Source: an uncultured Pelagibacteraceae bacterium (GTDB taxonomy: Bacteria > Pseudomonadota > Alphaproteobacteria > Pelagibacterales > Pelagibacteraceae). Taken from it: 64,000 nucleotides of DNA. Shown piece after piece: positions 30,463 through 40,919 of the stretch. Numbering within the stretch: position 1 is the stretch's first letter; each line of letters begins with the position of its first letter. A model generated the notes under the pieces. The model saw nothing but the letters and a program-made list of their open reading frames with translations, searched no databases and was not told the origin of the DNA. The stretch covers positions 36,494 to 100,493 of the forward strand of contig CACHGH010000002.1 in NCBI GenBank assembly GCA_902579215.1, written 5' to 3'. A program made the position numbers and the translations under genes.

Positions 30463-31118
30463 TATAATTTTCTACATACACTTAAACCATCACCTACAGG
30501 AATAATTAAATTTTCAACTCTTTTATCTTCATTAACATAGGAGTTAAATTCTCTTATGCTTGTAGTTAATTTATCTTGCTTATTAATATCGACAACTTCA
30601 CCATGCCATAAAACATTATCTATTACTATTAATCCATCTTTATCTACTAGTTCAATTGAATGATTAAAGTAATTTTTATAATTTTCTTTATCAGCATCAA
30701 TAAATACTAAATCAAATTTATGCTTTTCATAATATAAATTTTTCAAACTTTCTAAAGCTGGAGCAACAATCATTTTAATTTTATAATCTTGAGCAGCCTT
30801 TTTAAAAAAGTTTAAAGCAATATTGCTAGTTTCTTGATTCTTGTCTAACGCAAAAACTGATCCCTTTTCAGGTAAAGCCAAAGCCATAGATAATGTGCTT
30901 AATCCCGTAAAAGTTCCAATTTCTAAAATTTTTTTTATTTTAGAGGATTTAATTAGTAAGTGTAAAAAACGACATTGCGATATTGAAATTTGCATTCTTT
31001 TTATATCTCCCAATTGGTCATTATATGAAATGATCTCTTTTTGAATTGGATGAAGTTTTGTCGAATTATTATTTATATACTTTAGAATTTCTTTATTAAC
31101 AATAATATCTGAACTCAT
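30462..31118 (-). CDS. Class I SAM-dependent O-methyltransferase (Methyltransf_3; CCoAOMT/TrmR family)
   Basis: MQIS, LEIGTFTGLS, FIDADKENY, DNVLWHG, VGDGL. Confidence 0.9.
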   Translation of the reverse strand: MSSDIIVNKEILKYINNNSTKLHPIQKEIISYNDQLGDIKRMQISISQCRFLHLLIKSSKIKKILEIGTFTGLSTLSMALALPEKGSVFALDKNQETSNIALNFFKKAAQDYKIKMIVAPALESLKNLYYEKHKFDLVFIDADKENYKNYFNHSIELVDKDGLIVIDNVLWHGEVVDINKQDKLTTSIREFNSYVNEDKRVENLIIPVGDGLSVCRKL

Positions 31119-31119
31119 T

Positions 31120-32586
31120 CTACTTAAGTTTCTTTTTTAATATCTCGTTAACTAATTGAGGGTTAGCTTTACCGCCAGAAACTTTCATTGCTTGACCTAC
31201 AAAAAAACCAAATAATTTGTCTTTACCTGATTTATATTCTTTTACCTTGTCTTGATTATCTTTAACTACTCGATCAATTAGTTTTTCTAATTCTTTAGGA
31301 TCGCTCTCTTGTTTAAGACCTTTTTCATCTATAATTTTTTGTGGATCTTTGTCACCTTCAGCCATTATTTCAAAAACAGATTTTGCAATTTTACCTGATA
31401 TTGTGCCATCTTTAATTAAATTAATCAATTTAGACAAATTTTTTGATGAAATTGGACTTTGTGTTATCTCTAGATTTTTTTCATTCAATAAAGCAAACAA
31501 CTCACCAGTAATCCAATTGGTAGATATTTTAACATCTGAATTTTTTATAACCTCTTCAAAATATTTAGAAGTTTCTATATCAGATACTAAAATATTAGCT
31601 TCATATGGTGATAATTTAAATTTTTCAATAAATCTTTTTTTTTTTACGTCTGGTAGCTCAGGTATTTCCTTTTTCAAATTACTTATAAATTGATCATCAA
31701 ATTCTAATGGTAGTAAATCTGGATCTGGAAAATATCTGTAATCATGAGCATCCTCTTTAGATCTCATTGATCTAGTCTGATTTTTTTTGGTATCAAAAAG
31801 TCTAGTTTCTTGATCAACAGAACCACCGTCTTCAATCAAATCTACTTGCCTGTTAGCTTCATATTCGATGGCCATCTGCATAAATTTTATTGAATTAACA
31901 TTTTTGATTTCACATCTAGTACCAAGCTTTTTATCACCTTTTTTTCTAACAGATACATTTACATCCGCTCTTAAAGATCCCTCTTGCATATTACCATCAC
32001 AAGTTCCTAAATATCTCATAATAGATCTAAGTTTTTTAACATAAGCATTTACTTCATCTAAAGATCTAAGATCTGGTTTGCTTACTATTTCCATAAGAGC
32101 AACACCAGATCTATTTAAATCAACAAGTGTATTTTGTGGATCAATGTCATGTATACTTTTTCCTGCATCTTGTTCTAAATGCAGTCTTTCAATTCCAACT
32201 ACTTTTTCTCCTGATGGTAAATCTAATATTACGGATCCCTCACCTACTATAGGATTTTTATACTGCGAAATTTGGTAACCTTGAGGAAGATCTGCATAAA
32301 AGTAATTTTTTCTATCAAAAATAGATCTTTTATTAATTTTAGCATTCAAACCTATTCCAGTTTTTACTGCTTGTTTTATACAAAACTCATTTATTACAGG
32401 CAGCATTCCTGGAAAAGCTGCGTCAACCAAACTGACTTGAGTGTTAGGTTCGGCTCCAAATTTAGTTGGTGAGTCTGAAAAAAGTTTTGACTCTGAGAGA
32501 ACTTGTGCGTGTACCTCAAGTCCAATTACTACTTCGTATTCATTCTTGTTTCTTTTTATCAAATATTCTGATTTGTTTTTGTTCAT
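31120..32586 (-). CDS. gatB: Asp/Glu-tRNA amidotransferase subunit B
   Basis: [37 protein letters not shown]. Start at the TAATG overlap with gatA. Confidence 0.97.
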   Translation of the reverse strand: MNKNKSEYLIKRNKNEYEVVIGLEVHAQVLSESKLFSDSPTKFGAEPNTQVSLVDAAFPGMLPVINEFCIKQAVKTGIGLNAKINKRSIFDRKNYFYADLPQGYQISQYKNPIVGEGSVILDLPSGEKVVGIERLHLEQDAGKSIHDIDPQNTLVDLNRSGVALMEIVSKPDLRSLDEVNAYVKKLRSIMRYLGTCDGNMQEGSLRADVNVSVRKKGDKKLGTRCEIKNVNSIKFMQMAIEYEANRQVDLIEDGGSVDQETRLFDTKKNQTRSMRSKEDAHDYRYFPDPDLLPLEFDDQFISNLKKEIPELPDVKKKRFIEKFKLSPYEANILVSDIETSKYFEEVIKNSDVKISTNWITGELFALLNEKNLEITQSPISSKNLSKLINLIKDGTISGKIAKSVFEIMAEGDKDPQKIIDEKGLKQESDPKELEKLIDRVVKDNQDKVKEYKSGKDKLFGFFVGQAMKVSGGKANPQLVNEILKKKLK

Positions 32587-34040
32587 TACATCCACCAGCT
32601 CTTTATTTCATTTTTGAAGTTAATATATTTTTCCATTGTATAAGCAATGTTAAAAATGTTTTGCTCATCAAAAGCTTTACCTATGATTTGTAACCCTAAA
32701 GGATATCCTTTTGAATCAATACCTGCAGGAATAGATATAGCTGGTAAACCTGCTAAATTAATAGGAACCGTGAATATATCATTTAAATACATTGATACAG
32801 GATCATTTGTTTTTTCACCTATTTTAAATGCAGAACTTGGCGTTGATGGAGTTAGAATAGCATCAACATTTTTATAGACTTGATCAAAGTCATTTTTAAT
32901 TAATTTTCTAACTTTTTGAGCCTTCAGGTAATATGCATCGTAGTATCCAGATGAAAGAACATAAGTTCCAATTAAAATTCTTCTTTTAACTTCGTCACCA
33001 AAACCTTCTGATCTTGTTTTTTCATACATATCGATTAAATTTTCCCCTTTAGATCTAAAACCGTATTTAACACCATCATATCTTGCCAAATTCGATGAGG
33101 CTTCAGCTGGAGCAACAATATAATAAGCTGGCAAGGCGTACATGGTATTAGGAAGTGAAATATCGACTACATCAGCTCCAGCCTCTTTAATTATTTTTAT
33201 TCCTTTTTGCCAAAGTTCATCTATTTCTTTTGACATGCCATCCACTCTATACTCTTTAGGAATTCCAATTTTTTTACCTTTAATTGAATCTTTTAATTTG
33301 TTTAAATAATTATCCCTTTTAAAATCAACTGAAGTAGAGTCCTTCTTGTCATATGAGCTCATTACTTCAAACATTAATGCACAATCTTTAACATCTCTTG
33401 TCATTGGACCTGCTTGATCCAATGATGAAGCAAAAGCAACAATGCCGTATCTTGAACAGCTTCCATAAGTTGGTTTAAGTCCAACTGTTCCAGTGAATGA
33501 AGCAGGTTGACGAATTGATCCACCTGTATCAGTTCCTATAGTCGCAGGAGTTAATTTTGCAGCTAAAGCAGATGCAGAACCACCAGAAGATCCGCCTGGA
33601 ACTAGATTTTCACCAATTGGACTTTGAACATTTCCAAAAAAACTTGTTTCATTAGATGATCCCATTGCAAACTCATCACAATTTAATTTTCCAAGTAAGA
33701 TTGCACCATTTTCCCATAAATTGTTTGTTACTGTAGATTCATATGTGGGAACAAAATTATTTAAAATTTTGCTTCCTGCGGTAGTTCTTAAATCTTTTGT
33801 GCAAAATAAATCTTTAACCGCTATAGGTATTCCTGGTAATTTTTTTTCAAAATTAGGATTATTATCAAATGCATCAGCTTTTTTTAAAGCATGATCAAAA
33901 TCTTCAGTAATAAAAGAATTTAGTTTTTTTGATTTTTTACATCTTTCTATATATGCATTTGTTGTTTCTTTAGATGAAACTTCTTTTTTCTTAATTTTAT
34001 CAATTAATTCTACAAGTGTTAAATCAACAATACTGGACAT
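32586..34040 (-). CDS. gatA: Asp/Glu-tRNA amidotransferase subunit A
   Basis: Amidase signature [28 protein letters not shown]. Confidence 0.97.
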   Translation of the reverse strand: MSSIVDLTLVELIDKIKKKEVSSKETTNAYIERCKKSKKLNSFITEDFDHALKKADAFDNNPNFEKKLPGIPIAVKDLFCTKDLRTTAGSKILNNFVPTYESTVTNNLWENGAILLGKLNCDEFAMGSSNETSFFGNVQSPIGENLVPGGSSGGSASALAAKLTPATIGTDTGGSIRQPASFTGTVGLKPTYGSCSRYGIVAFASSLDQAGPMTRDVKDCALMFEVMSSYDKKDSTSVDFKRDNYLNKLKDSIKGKKIGIPKEYRVDGMSKEIDELWQKGIKIIKEAGADVVDISLPNTMYALPAYYIVAPAEASSNLARYDGVKYGFRSKGENLIDMYEKTRSEGFGDEVKRRILIGTYVLSSGYYDAYYLKAQKVRKLIKNDFDQVYKNVDAILTPSTPSSAFKIGEKTNDPVSMYLNDIFTVPINLAGLPAISIPAGIDSKGYPLGLQIIGKAFDEQNIFNIAYTMEKYINFKNEIKSWWM

Positions 34041-34327
34041 TATTCTACCACCTTTGGTACCACGAAGAAGTCTTTGTTTTCATTGGGTGAATTTTTTAAA
34101 ATTTGTTCACGAATATTCTCAGATTTAATTTTATCATGTCTTAGCTGAAGTTTTGTTTCTGCTATGGATGTTAATGGCTCTACTTTATCGGTATTAAGTT
34201 GGTTTAATTTTTCTATAAATTCAAAAATAGAATTTAAGTCATCAGCTAGTTTTTTAGCTTTTTTTTCTTCAATCGAGATTCTTGCCAATTTTGATATATG
34301 TTTTACTGTTTTAAGATCTATTGCCAT
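34040..34327 (-). CDS. gatC: Asp/Glu-tRNA amidotransferase subunit C
   Basis: ISKLARI…VEPL…FFVVPKVVE. Confidence 0.95.
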   Translation of the reverse strand: MAIDLKTVKHISKLARISIEEKKAKKLADDLNSIFEFIEKLNQLNTDKVEPLTSIAETKLQLRHDKIKSENIREQILKNSPNENKDFFVVPKVVE

Positions 34328-34366
34328 ATGATATTTAGATCTATCATTATAATAGAAAAATACAAC

Positions 34367-34822
34367 ATGATCACTATAGATGAACTTAAGTTAAAAATTG
34401 ATAAAAAATCAAGACTCCTTGGTCTAGATTTAGGATCTAAAAGGATTGGTCTATCAATTTGTGATGATAAAAGAACCGTAGCAACTCCTTTTAAAACTAT
34501 AGAAAAAGATGATTTTAATAAATTCATCAATGAACTAAAAAAAATTATACAAGAAAATAATATTGATGGAATTATTGTTGGAAATCCAATTAATATGGAT
34601 GGATCAATTGGCCCATCTTCACAATCTGTAAATGATGTCTGTAGAAACATTGAACAAAAAGTTAATATTCCAATATGCCTCTGGGATGAAAGACTATCAA
34701 CAGTAGGAGCGTTTAATATAACAAGCCAATTAGATGTAAATGTTTCGAAAAAAGTTAAAAATATAGACAAAAACGCAGCTGCATTTATCCTTCAAGGGGC
34801 AATAGATTATATAAGAAATTAA
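34367..34822 (+). CDS. yqgF: YqgF/RuvX pre-16S rRNA nuclease
   Basis: LGLDLGSKRIG, WDERLST, AAAFILQ; ATG at 34367 preferred. Confidence 0.92.
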   Translation: MITIDELKLKIDKKSRLLGLDLGSKRIGLSICDDKRTVATPFKTIEKDDFNKFINELKKIIQENNIDGIIVGNPINMDGSIGPSSQSVNDVCRNIEQKVNIPICLWDERLSTVGAFNITSQLDVNVSKKVKNIDKNAAAFILQGAIDYIRN

Positions 34823-34825
34823 TAC

Positions 34826-34854
34826 TTGCATAATTAAAGGTTAATAGTTATAGA
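34826..34854 (+). promoter_or_regulatory. Putative sigma70 promoter of pyrB
   Basis: TTGCAT-17 nt-TATAGA, ending 10 nt before the ATG. Confidence 0.4.
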
Positions 34855-34864
34855 GTTAGTTTTA

Positions 34865-35806
34865 ATGGCAATTAATTCTGATAAAGCTGTTAAAATTTCT
34901 CAAAAACATCTATTAGGTATTCAAGATTTATCAGTTTCAGACATAAATTTTATACTCTCAGAAGCAAAACAATTCATTAATTTAAATAAAAGTAAAAACA
35001 AAAAAATAGATACATTAAGGGGAAAAACTCAAATTAATTTATTTTTTGAACCTTCTACAAGAACTCAAAGCTCATTTGAATTAGCTGGTAAAAGATTAGG
35101 GGCAGATGTTATGTCTATGAACATAGTAAATTCTGCGATCAAAAAAGGAGAAACTTTAATTGATACAGCTATGACTCTTAATGCAATGCATCCAGATTTG
35201 ATTGTTATTCGACACCAAGACTCTGGTGCATGCAATTTATTATCACAAAAAGTTAATTGCACAGTTATAAATGCGGGAGACGGAAGACGAGAACATCCAA
35301 CTCAAGCTTTGTTAGATGCTCTTACAATTATAGAAAAAAAAGGGAAAATTCAGGGTCTGAAAATTGCTATATGTGGAGATATACTTCATTCTAGAGTAGC
35401 CAGATCAAATATTTATTTATTAAATATGTTGGGAGCTGAAGTAAATATAGTTGCTCCTACAAATTTAATGCCTAAAGATTTAGAAAAATTTGGGGTCAAT
35501 AAATTTTCAGATATGAAAAAAGGTTTAAAAAATTGTGATATTGTTATGATGTTAAGACTCCAAAACGAAAGAATGCAAAGTTCATTCTTAGCTTCTAACA
35601 GAGAGTATTACGAATATTATGGGCTTACACCTGACAAACTTGACTCTGCAAAAAGCGATGCTTTGATAATGCATCCTGGTCCAATGAATAGAGGTATAGA
35701 AATTGATACAAAATTAGCTGATGATATAAATAAAAGTGTAATTCATGAACAAGTTGAACTGGGTGTTGCCGTTAGAATGGCATGCCTTAAAATTTTTTGT
35801 AAATAA
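34865..35806 (+). CDS. pyrB: Aspartate carbamoyltransferase catalytic subunit
   Basis: [27 protein letters not shown]. Confidence 0.97.
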   Translation: MAINSDKAVKISQKHLLGIQDLSVSDINFILSEAKQFINLNKSKNKKIDTLRGKTQINLFFEPSTRTQSSFELAGKRLGADVMSMNIVNSAIKKGETLIDTAMTLNAMHPDLIVIRHQDSGACNLLSQKVNCTVINAGDGRREHPTQALLDALTIIEKKGKIQGLKIAICGDILHSRVARSNIYLLNMLGAEVNIVAPTNLMPKDLEKFGVNKFSDMKKGLKNCDIVMMLRLQNERMQSSFLASNREYYEYYGLTPDKLDSAKSDALIMHPGPMNRGIEIDTKLADDINKSVIHEQVELGVAVRMACLKIFCK

Positions 35807-37093
35807 ATGAAGAAAAAATATTTTTTAAATGCAAATATTATAGATCCACATAATTCAATTAATGAAATTGGTGGTTTAATAGTTGATGAAGCAGGTAAAA
35901 TTGAAGCTGTAGGAAAAAAAGTTAATAAAAATAATATACCCTCAAGAGAAAAATTTGTAGATCTAAAAGAGAATTATATTTTCCCTGGAATAATAGATAT
36001 GAGAGTCTTTGTTGGAGAGCCTGGTTATGAGTATAAAGAAAATTTTAGAACCTTAAGTAACGCTGCATTATCTGGTGGAGTCACTTCTGTTGTAACCATG
36101 CCAAATACTAATCCTATTATTGACAATGTTTCAATGGTTGATTTTCTTAAAAGAAGAGGAAGAGATAAATCTAAAATAAACATATTTCCAACTGCTTCTT
36201 TGACTAAAAATTTAGAAGGTAAAAACATGACAGAATTCGGTTTATTGCAAAAAAAAGGTATTATTGGATTTACTGATGGGATCAGGACAATACAAAATTC
36301 GCGTTTAATGTCTAGAATAATGACTTCGGCGTTTGATTTGAATTCATTAGTTATTCAACATGCCGAGGATTTTGATTTATCTGAGAACGGCATGATGAAT
36401 GATGGAATTATTTCAACAAAGTTAGGTTTACAAGGAATACCAGATTTTGCTGAGAAAATAATTATTGATCGTGATTTGGCTTTATTAGAAGAGCACAAGT
36501 GTAGATACCATGTGTCTCAAATATCATCTTCTAAATCAATAGCGACAATAAAAGAAAAAAAGAACTTTTTAAAATTCACATGTGGAGTTTCTATTAATAA
36601 TTTATCTTTAAATGAAAATGATGTCGGTGACTTCAGAACGTTTTTAAAGTTGTCCCCTCCTCTAAGAACAGAGGAAGATAGAGTATCTCTTGTGGAAGGT
36701 TTAAATAAAAAAATAATTGATGTAATAGTTTCAGATCATAAACCAGAAGACGAAGAACAAAAAAGATTAACTTTTGCCCAGGCTGCGACAGGATCATCAG
36801 GTATTGAAACTTTGTTATCTTTATCGCTGGAATTATACCATAATGGTTCAGTAAAACTGGATACAATCATAGAAGCTTTAACCAGTAATCCTGCTAAAAT
36901 ACTAAAAATTGCAAAAGGAAATCTAAACGTTGGTAATGAAGCGGATTTTTGTATTGTAGATATAAATAAACCTTGGGTGGTAAAAAAAGAAAATTTAGTA
37001 TCAAAGTCGAAGAATACATCAATAGAAAATAAAAAACTTCAGGGGAAAGTTTTGAATACTTTTGTTAAAGGAGAAGAATTATTTAAACTCTAA
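35807..37093 (+). CDS. pyrC: Dihydroorotase-like protein, probably catalytically inactive PyrC'
   Basis: GGVTSVVTMPNT, PPLR and SDH are present, but the HxH metal motif is replaced (IIDMRVF). Confidence 0.85.
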   Translation: MKKKYFLNANIIDPHNSINEIGGLIVDEAGKIEAVGKKVNKNNIPSREKFVDLKENYIFPGIIDMRVFVGEPGYEYKENFRTLSNAALSGGVTSVVTMPNTNPIIDNVSMVDFLKRRGRDKSKINIFPTASLTKNLEGKNMTEFGLLQKKGIIGFTDGIRTIQNSRLMSRIMTSAFDLNSLVIQHAEDFDLSENGMMNDGIISTKLGLQGIPDFAEKIIIDRDLALLEEHKCRYHVSQISSSKSIATIKEKKNFLKFTCGVSINNLSLNENDVGDFRTFLKLSPPLRTEEDRVSLVEGLNKKIIDVIVSDHKPEDEEQKRLTFAQAATGSSGIETLLSLSLELYHNGSVKLDTIIEALTSNPAKILKIAKGNLNVGNEADFCIVDINKPWVVKKENLVSKSKNTSIENKKLQGKVLNTFVKGEELFKL

Positions 37094-37095
37094 TT

Positions 37096-37674
37096 ATGAA
37101 TATTTATTTACTTATTGTTAGTTCATATTTAATTGGTTCAGTTCCTTTTGGTTATATTTTAACAAAATTTTTTTTAAATAAAGATATAAGAAAAATCGGA
37201 TCAGGAAATATAGGGGCTACAAATGTTTTAAGAACAGGAAATAAAATAATAGGATATGCTACTTTGTTGCTCGATGTTTTAAAAGCAGTTTTTCCAATAA
37301 TATTTATAAAAATCAACTATCCAGAATATGTTTTTATTTCAGCCTTAAGCGTATTCATAGGTCATGTTTTTCCAGTATGGTTAAAATTTAGAGGGGGTAA
37401 GGGTGTAGCCACTTATGTGGGAATACTCTGTTGTATTAATATATATCTTGGAATTAGTTTTGGTTTGGTTTGGTTAATAACATTTCTAATATTTAAATAT
37501 TCATCTTTATCATCCTTAATTGGAAGTTTTTCAATTCCAATTATTAATTTCTTCATTTTTAATGACGAAATAGTTTTTTTCTTTATAATAATGTTTGTTT
37601 TAATTTTTTATACTCATAGAGAAAATATAAAAAGGCTACTAAATCATACAGAATCTAAAACAAAAATTTATTAA
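37096..37674 (+). CDS. plsY: Glycerol-3-phosphate acyltransferase PlsY
   Basis: GSGNIGATN..R, GHVFP, GGKGVAT, HRENIKRL. Confidence 0.96.
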   Translation: MNIYLLIVSSYLIGSVPFGYILTKFFLNKDIRKIGSGNIGATNVLRTGNKIIGYATLLLDVLKAVFPIIFIKINYPEYVFISALSVFIGHVFPVWLKFRGGKGVATYVGILCCINIYLGISFGLVWLITFLIFKYSSLSSLIGSFSIPIINFFIFNDEIVFFFIIMFVLIFYTHRENIKRLLNHTESKTKIY

Positions 37675-37675
37675 T

Positions 37676-37705
37676 TTGACTATTGATCTATTTTTTGTGT
37701 AATTT
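37676..37705 (+). promoter_or_regulatory. Putative sigma70 promoter of topA
   Basis: TTGACT at 37676 and TAATTT at 37700 (18-nt spacer), within a 39-nt intergenic gap. Confidence 0.35.
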
Positions 37706-37713
37706 CTCTAATT

Positions 37714-40260
37714 ATGAATCTTGTCATAGTTGAAAGTCCAGCCAAAGCAAAAACAATCAACAAATATTTAGGTGGTGATTATACTGTTCTTGCTAGCTAC
37801 GGCCATATAAGAGATCTTCCTTCTAAAAATGGATCAGTTGATCCTGAAGATAAATTTAAAATGATATGGGAAGTAGATAGTTTTTCTAAAAAATATTTAA
37901 AAGAAATTACTGATGCAGCAAAAAAATCAGAAAAAATCATTCTTGCTACTGACCCTGATCGTGAAGGTGAAGCTATAGCTTGGCATGTTAAAGAATACTT
38001 GGATGAAAAGAAACTTTTAAAAGATAAGATAGTTGAAAGAGTAGTATTTAATGAAATTACAAAAAAAGCAGTAACTAATGGAATTGATAATCCAAGAAAA
38101 ATAGAGCCAAATCTAGTTGATGCTTATATGGCAAGAAGAGCTTTGGATTACTTGGTTGGATTCAACATTTCGCCTATTCTATGGACAAAGTTACCTGGTT
38201 CAAAATCAGCAGGCAGAGTACAATCAGTTGCATTAAGACTGTTAACTGAAAGAGAACATGAAATTGAACAATTTAATCCCGAGGAGTTTTGGACTCTAAA
38301 TGTTAATTTTAAAACTTCCAAAGGAGATATTTTAAATTCTAATATTATTTTACTTAATAATTCTAAAGTTGAAAAATTTTCTTTTAAAAATAAAGAAGAT
38401 ATAAATAAAGCAATTGAAAAAATAAAAGATTCAAAATACAAAATTTCAGATATTAGTTCTAAAATTTATACAAGAAATCCACTTGGTCCATTTACAACAT
38501 CTACTCTACAACAAACTGCATCAAGTAAACTAGGTTTTGGTGCATCTAGAACAATGCAAATTGCTCAAAGGCTATATCAAGGTATTGATATTGAAGGTGA
38601 TACAGTTGGACTTATCACATATATGAGGACAGATGGAACAAATATTTCAAATGATGCTTTAACTGATTTTAGAGATTTCATAAAAAAAAATTATGGAGAC
38701 AATTATCTCCCTAAAGAACCAAATAATTATTCAGGTAAAAAAGCTAAAAACGCACAAGAAGCACACGAAGCAATAAGGCCAACTGATATATCAAGAAGTC
38801 CAGATTCAATGAAAAAATTTTTGAGTACTGATCAAATTAAATTATATGATTTAATTTGGTCTAGAGCACTTTCTTCTCAAATGGAGGCAGCAAAATTTGA
38901 TAGAAAAACTATTACAATTATATCAACTGATAATTTGAACCAGTTTAAATGCTCTGGCTCAACCATTAAATTTGATGGATTTTTAAAAATTACAAGAACC
39001 GATGAAGATGAAAATGATAAAATTTTACCAGATGTAAACAAAGATGAAGTTACAGCAGACAATTTTATTGATGAGCAGCACTTTACGCAGCCACCCCCGA
39101 GATATTCTGAAGCAAGTTTAGTTAAAAAGCTTGAGGAGTTAGGGATTGGCAGACCGTCTACATACGCAAGTATAATTTCAGTAATTTCTAATAGAGGATA
39201 TGCAGATATAGTTAATAAACGTTTTTTTCCTACCGATAGAGGAAAATTATTATCAGCTTTTTTGGAAAAATTGTTCTCAAAATATGTAGATTATGGTTTT
39301 ACAGCAGGTCTAGAAGAACAGCTCGATGATATTACTTCTGGAAAAGAAGAATGGATTAAAGTTCTTAATAATTTTTGGAAAGATTTCAACATTAACGTTT
39401 CAAATGTAAAAGAAAAAAGAACTAGAGAGGTGCTTGACCTTCTTAATGAAAGCTTAGGTGAATTAATTTTTGAATCTGATGAAAAAGGTAAAATTAATAG
39501 AAATTGTAAATTATGTAACACAGGACAGTTAAGCCTAAAAAATAGTTTTCGTGGTGGTGCCTTTATAGGTTGTTCTAATTACCCAGAATGCAAATTCACA
39601 AGACCACTATCTAAATCTAAAGCAAATGATCAAATTGCACTAGCAGAACCAAAGCTAATTGGTCAGAATGATACTGGACAAGACATTTTTCTGAAAAATG
39701 GAAGATTTGGTCCATATCTTCAATATCAAATGACTGAAGATGAAAACATATCAAAAAAAAAGAAAAAGAAAAAAGAAAATGAAAATTTAAGAAATGTATC
39801 GATTCCTAAAGGAATAGATATAAATCATATAGATTTAGATAAAGCTAAATATTTATGTTCACTTCCAAAAATAATAGGTCAACACCCTGATAATGGGAAA
39901 GATATTACTATAAACACTGGAAGATTTGGTCCATATCTTAAATGTGAGAACAAATCTGCTAGATTAGAAAACGTTGAAGACATTTTTACTATTGGTTTAA
40001 ATCGAGCAATAACTTTAATTGCTGAAGCAAAACCAGGTAGAATATCATCCTCTTTAATAAAAGATCTTGGGGAACATCCAGAAGATAAAAAACCAGTAAG
40101 AATTATGAAGGGTCAGTATGGTCCTTACATAAAGTATAAATCACTAAATGCGACTATACCTGAAGAAAAAGACCCTTTAGAATTAACTATGGAAGATGCA
40201 TTAATTTTGATTGAGAAAAGAAGAGAATACGATAAAAACAAAAAGAAAAAAAAAAAATGA
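37714..40260 (+). CDS. topA: DNA topoisomerase I
   Basis: IVESPAKAK, ATDPDREGE, SAGRVQS, ITYMRTD, one Zn ribbon, C-terminal GRFGPY repeats. Confidence 0.98.
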   Translation: MNLVIVESPAKAKTINKYLGGDYTVLASYGHIRDLPSKNGSVDPEDKFKMIWEVDSFSKKYLKEITDAAKKSEKIILATDPDREGEAIAWHVKEYLDEKKLLKDKIVERVVFNEITKKAVTNGIDNPRKIEPNLVDAYMARRALDYLVGFNISPILWTKLPGSKSAGRVQSVALRLLTEREHEIEQFNPEEFWTLNVNFKTSKGDILNSNIILLNNSKVEKFSFKNKEDINKAIEKIKDSKYKISDISSKIYTRNPLGPFTTSTLQQTASSKLGFGASRTMQIAQRLYQGIDIEGDTVGLITYMRTDGTNISNDALTDFRDFIKKNYGDNYLPKEPNNYSGKKAKNAQEAHEAIRPTDISRSPDSMKKFLSTDQIKLYDLIWSRALSSQMEAAKFDRKTITIISTDNLNQFKCSGSTIKFDGFLKITRTDEDENDKILPDVNKDEVTADNFIDEQHFTQPPPRYSEASLVKKLEELGIGRPSTYASIISVISNRGYADIVNKRFFPTDRGKLLSAFLEKLFSKYVDYGFTAGLEEQLDDITSGKEEWIKVLNNFWKDFNINVSNVKEKRTREVLDLLNESLGELIFESDEKGKINRNCKLCNTGQLSLKNSFRGGAFIGCSNYPECKFTRPLSKSKANDQIALAEPKLIGQNDTGQDIFLKNGRFGPYLQYQMTEDENISKKKKKKKENENLRNVSIPKGIDINHIDLDKAKYLCSLPKIIGQHPDNGKDITINTGRFGPYLKCENKSARLENVEDIFTIGLNRAITLIAEAKPGRISSSLIKDLGEHPEDKKPVRIMKGQYGPYIKYKSLNATIPEEKDPLELTMEDALILIEKRREYDKNKKKKKK
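39699..39939 (+). repeat. Exact 22-bp direct repeat TGGAAGATTTGGTCCATATCTT (39699-39720 and 39918-39939) in the TopA C-terminal repeats
   Basis: Read directly; both copies encode GRFGPYL. Confidence 0.85.
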
Positions 40261-40457
40261 AAAAAATAATTTTAATAATAGCTACATTTAGTTTATTTTT
40301 CATAAATGCAAATGCAGCTGAAAAAAAAGATTGTTCGGTTCATAAAAAAATGTTGGATAAAATTAAATGTAGAGCTGATAATTTAAAGAAAAATAGTTTT
40401 TTAAAAGATACTATTGATTACCAAAAAAAAGCTTTTGAGAAGAAAGATAAAAGTTAA
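40257..40457 (+). CDS. Small putative secreted protein with two Cys
   Basis: Sec-type signal MKKIILIIATFSLFFINANA; overlaps the topA stop (ATGA) and abuts ridA, exactly filling the gap. Confidence 0.75.
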   Translation: MKKIILIIATFSLFFINANAAEKKDCSVHKKMLDKIKCRADNLKKNSFLKDTIDYQKKAFEKKDKS

Positions 40458-40919
40458 ATGTCAGCTGAAGAAAATTTAAAAAAACTAAATATTCAGCTAC
40501 CTAAAGCTGCTGATCCAGTTGGATCATATGTTGCAACAAAAATTATAAAAAATTTATTATATATATCAGGACAAATATCAATGGATAGTGAAGGAAATTT
40601 AATTAAGGGAAAATTAGGCAAAGATTTAGATGTTAACGCAGGTTATGAAGCAGCTAAGCGATGCGCTTTAAGTATTGTAGCACAAGCTAAAAAAGCATGT
40701 GGAGATGATCTTTCAAAAATTAAGTCGTGTATAAAATTAACTGGCTTTGTTAATTCAACAGATGATTTTACAGACCAACCCAAAGTAATTAATGGTGCAT
40801 CTGATCTAATTGTGCAAGTGTTTGAAAATTCAGGAATGCACACAAGGGCTGCAGTAAGTACAAATAGCCTCCCGTTAGGAGTGTCAGTAGAAGTTGATGC
40901 TATTTTTGAAATAAACTAA
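40458..40919 (+). CDS. RidA/YjgF-family (Rid1-like) protein
   Basis: YISGQI, GFVNS, VINGASDL, HTRAAV..LPLGVSVEVD. Confidence 0.92.
   Translation: MSAEENLKKLNIQLPKAADPVGSYVATKIIKNLLYISGQISMDSEGNLIKGKLGKDLDVNAGYEAAKRCALSIVAQAKKACGDDLSKIKSCIKLTGFVNSTDDFTDQPKVINGASDLIVQVFENSGMHTRAAVSTNSLPLGVSVEVDAIFEIN

Noticed and set aside
34318-34770. 150-aa minus-strand ORF upstream of gatC
   Set aside because: Antisense shadow of yqgF.
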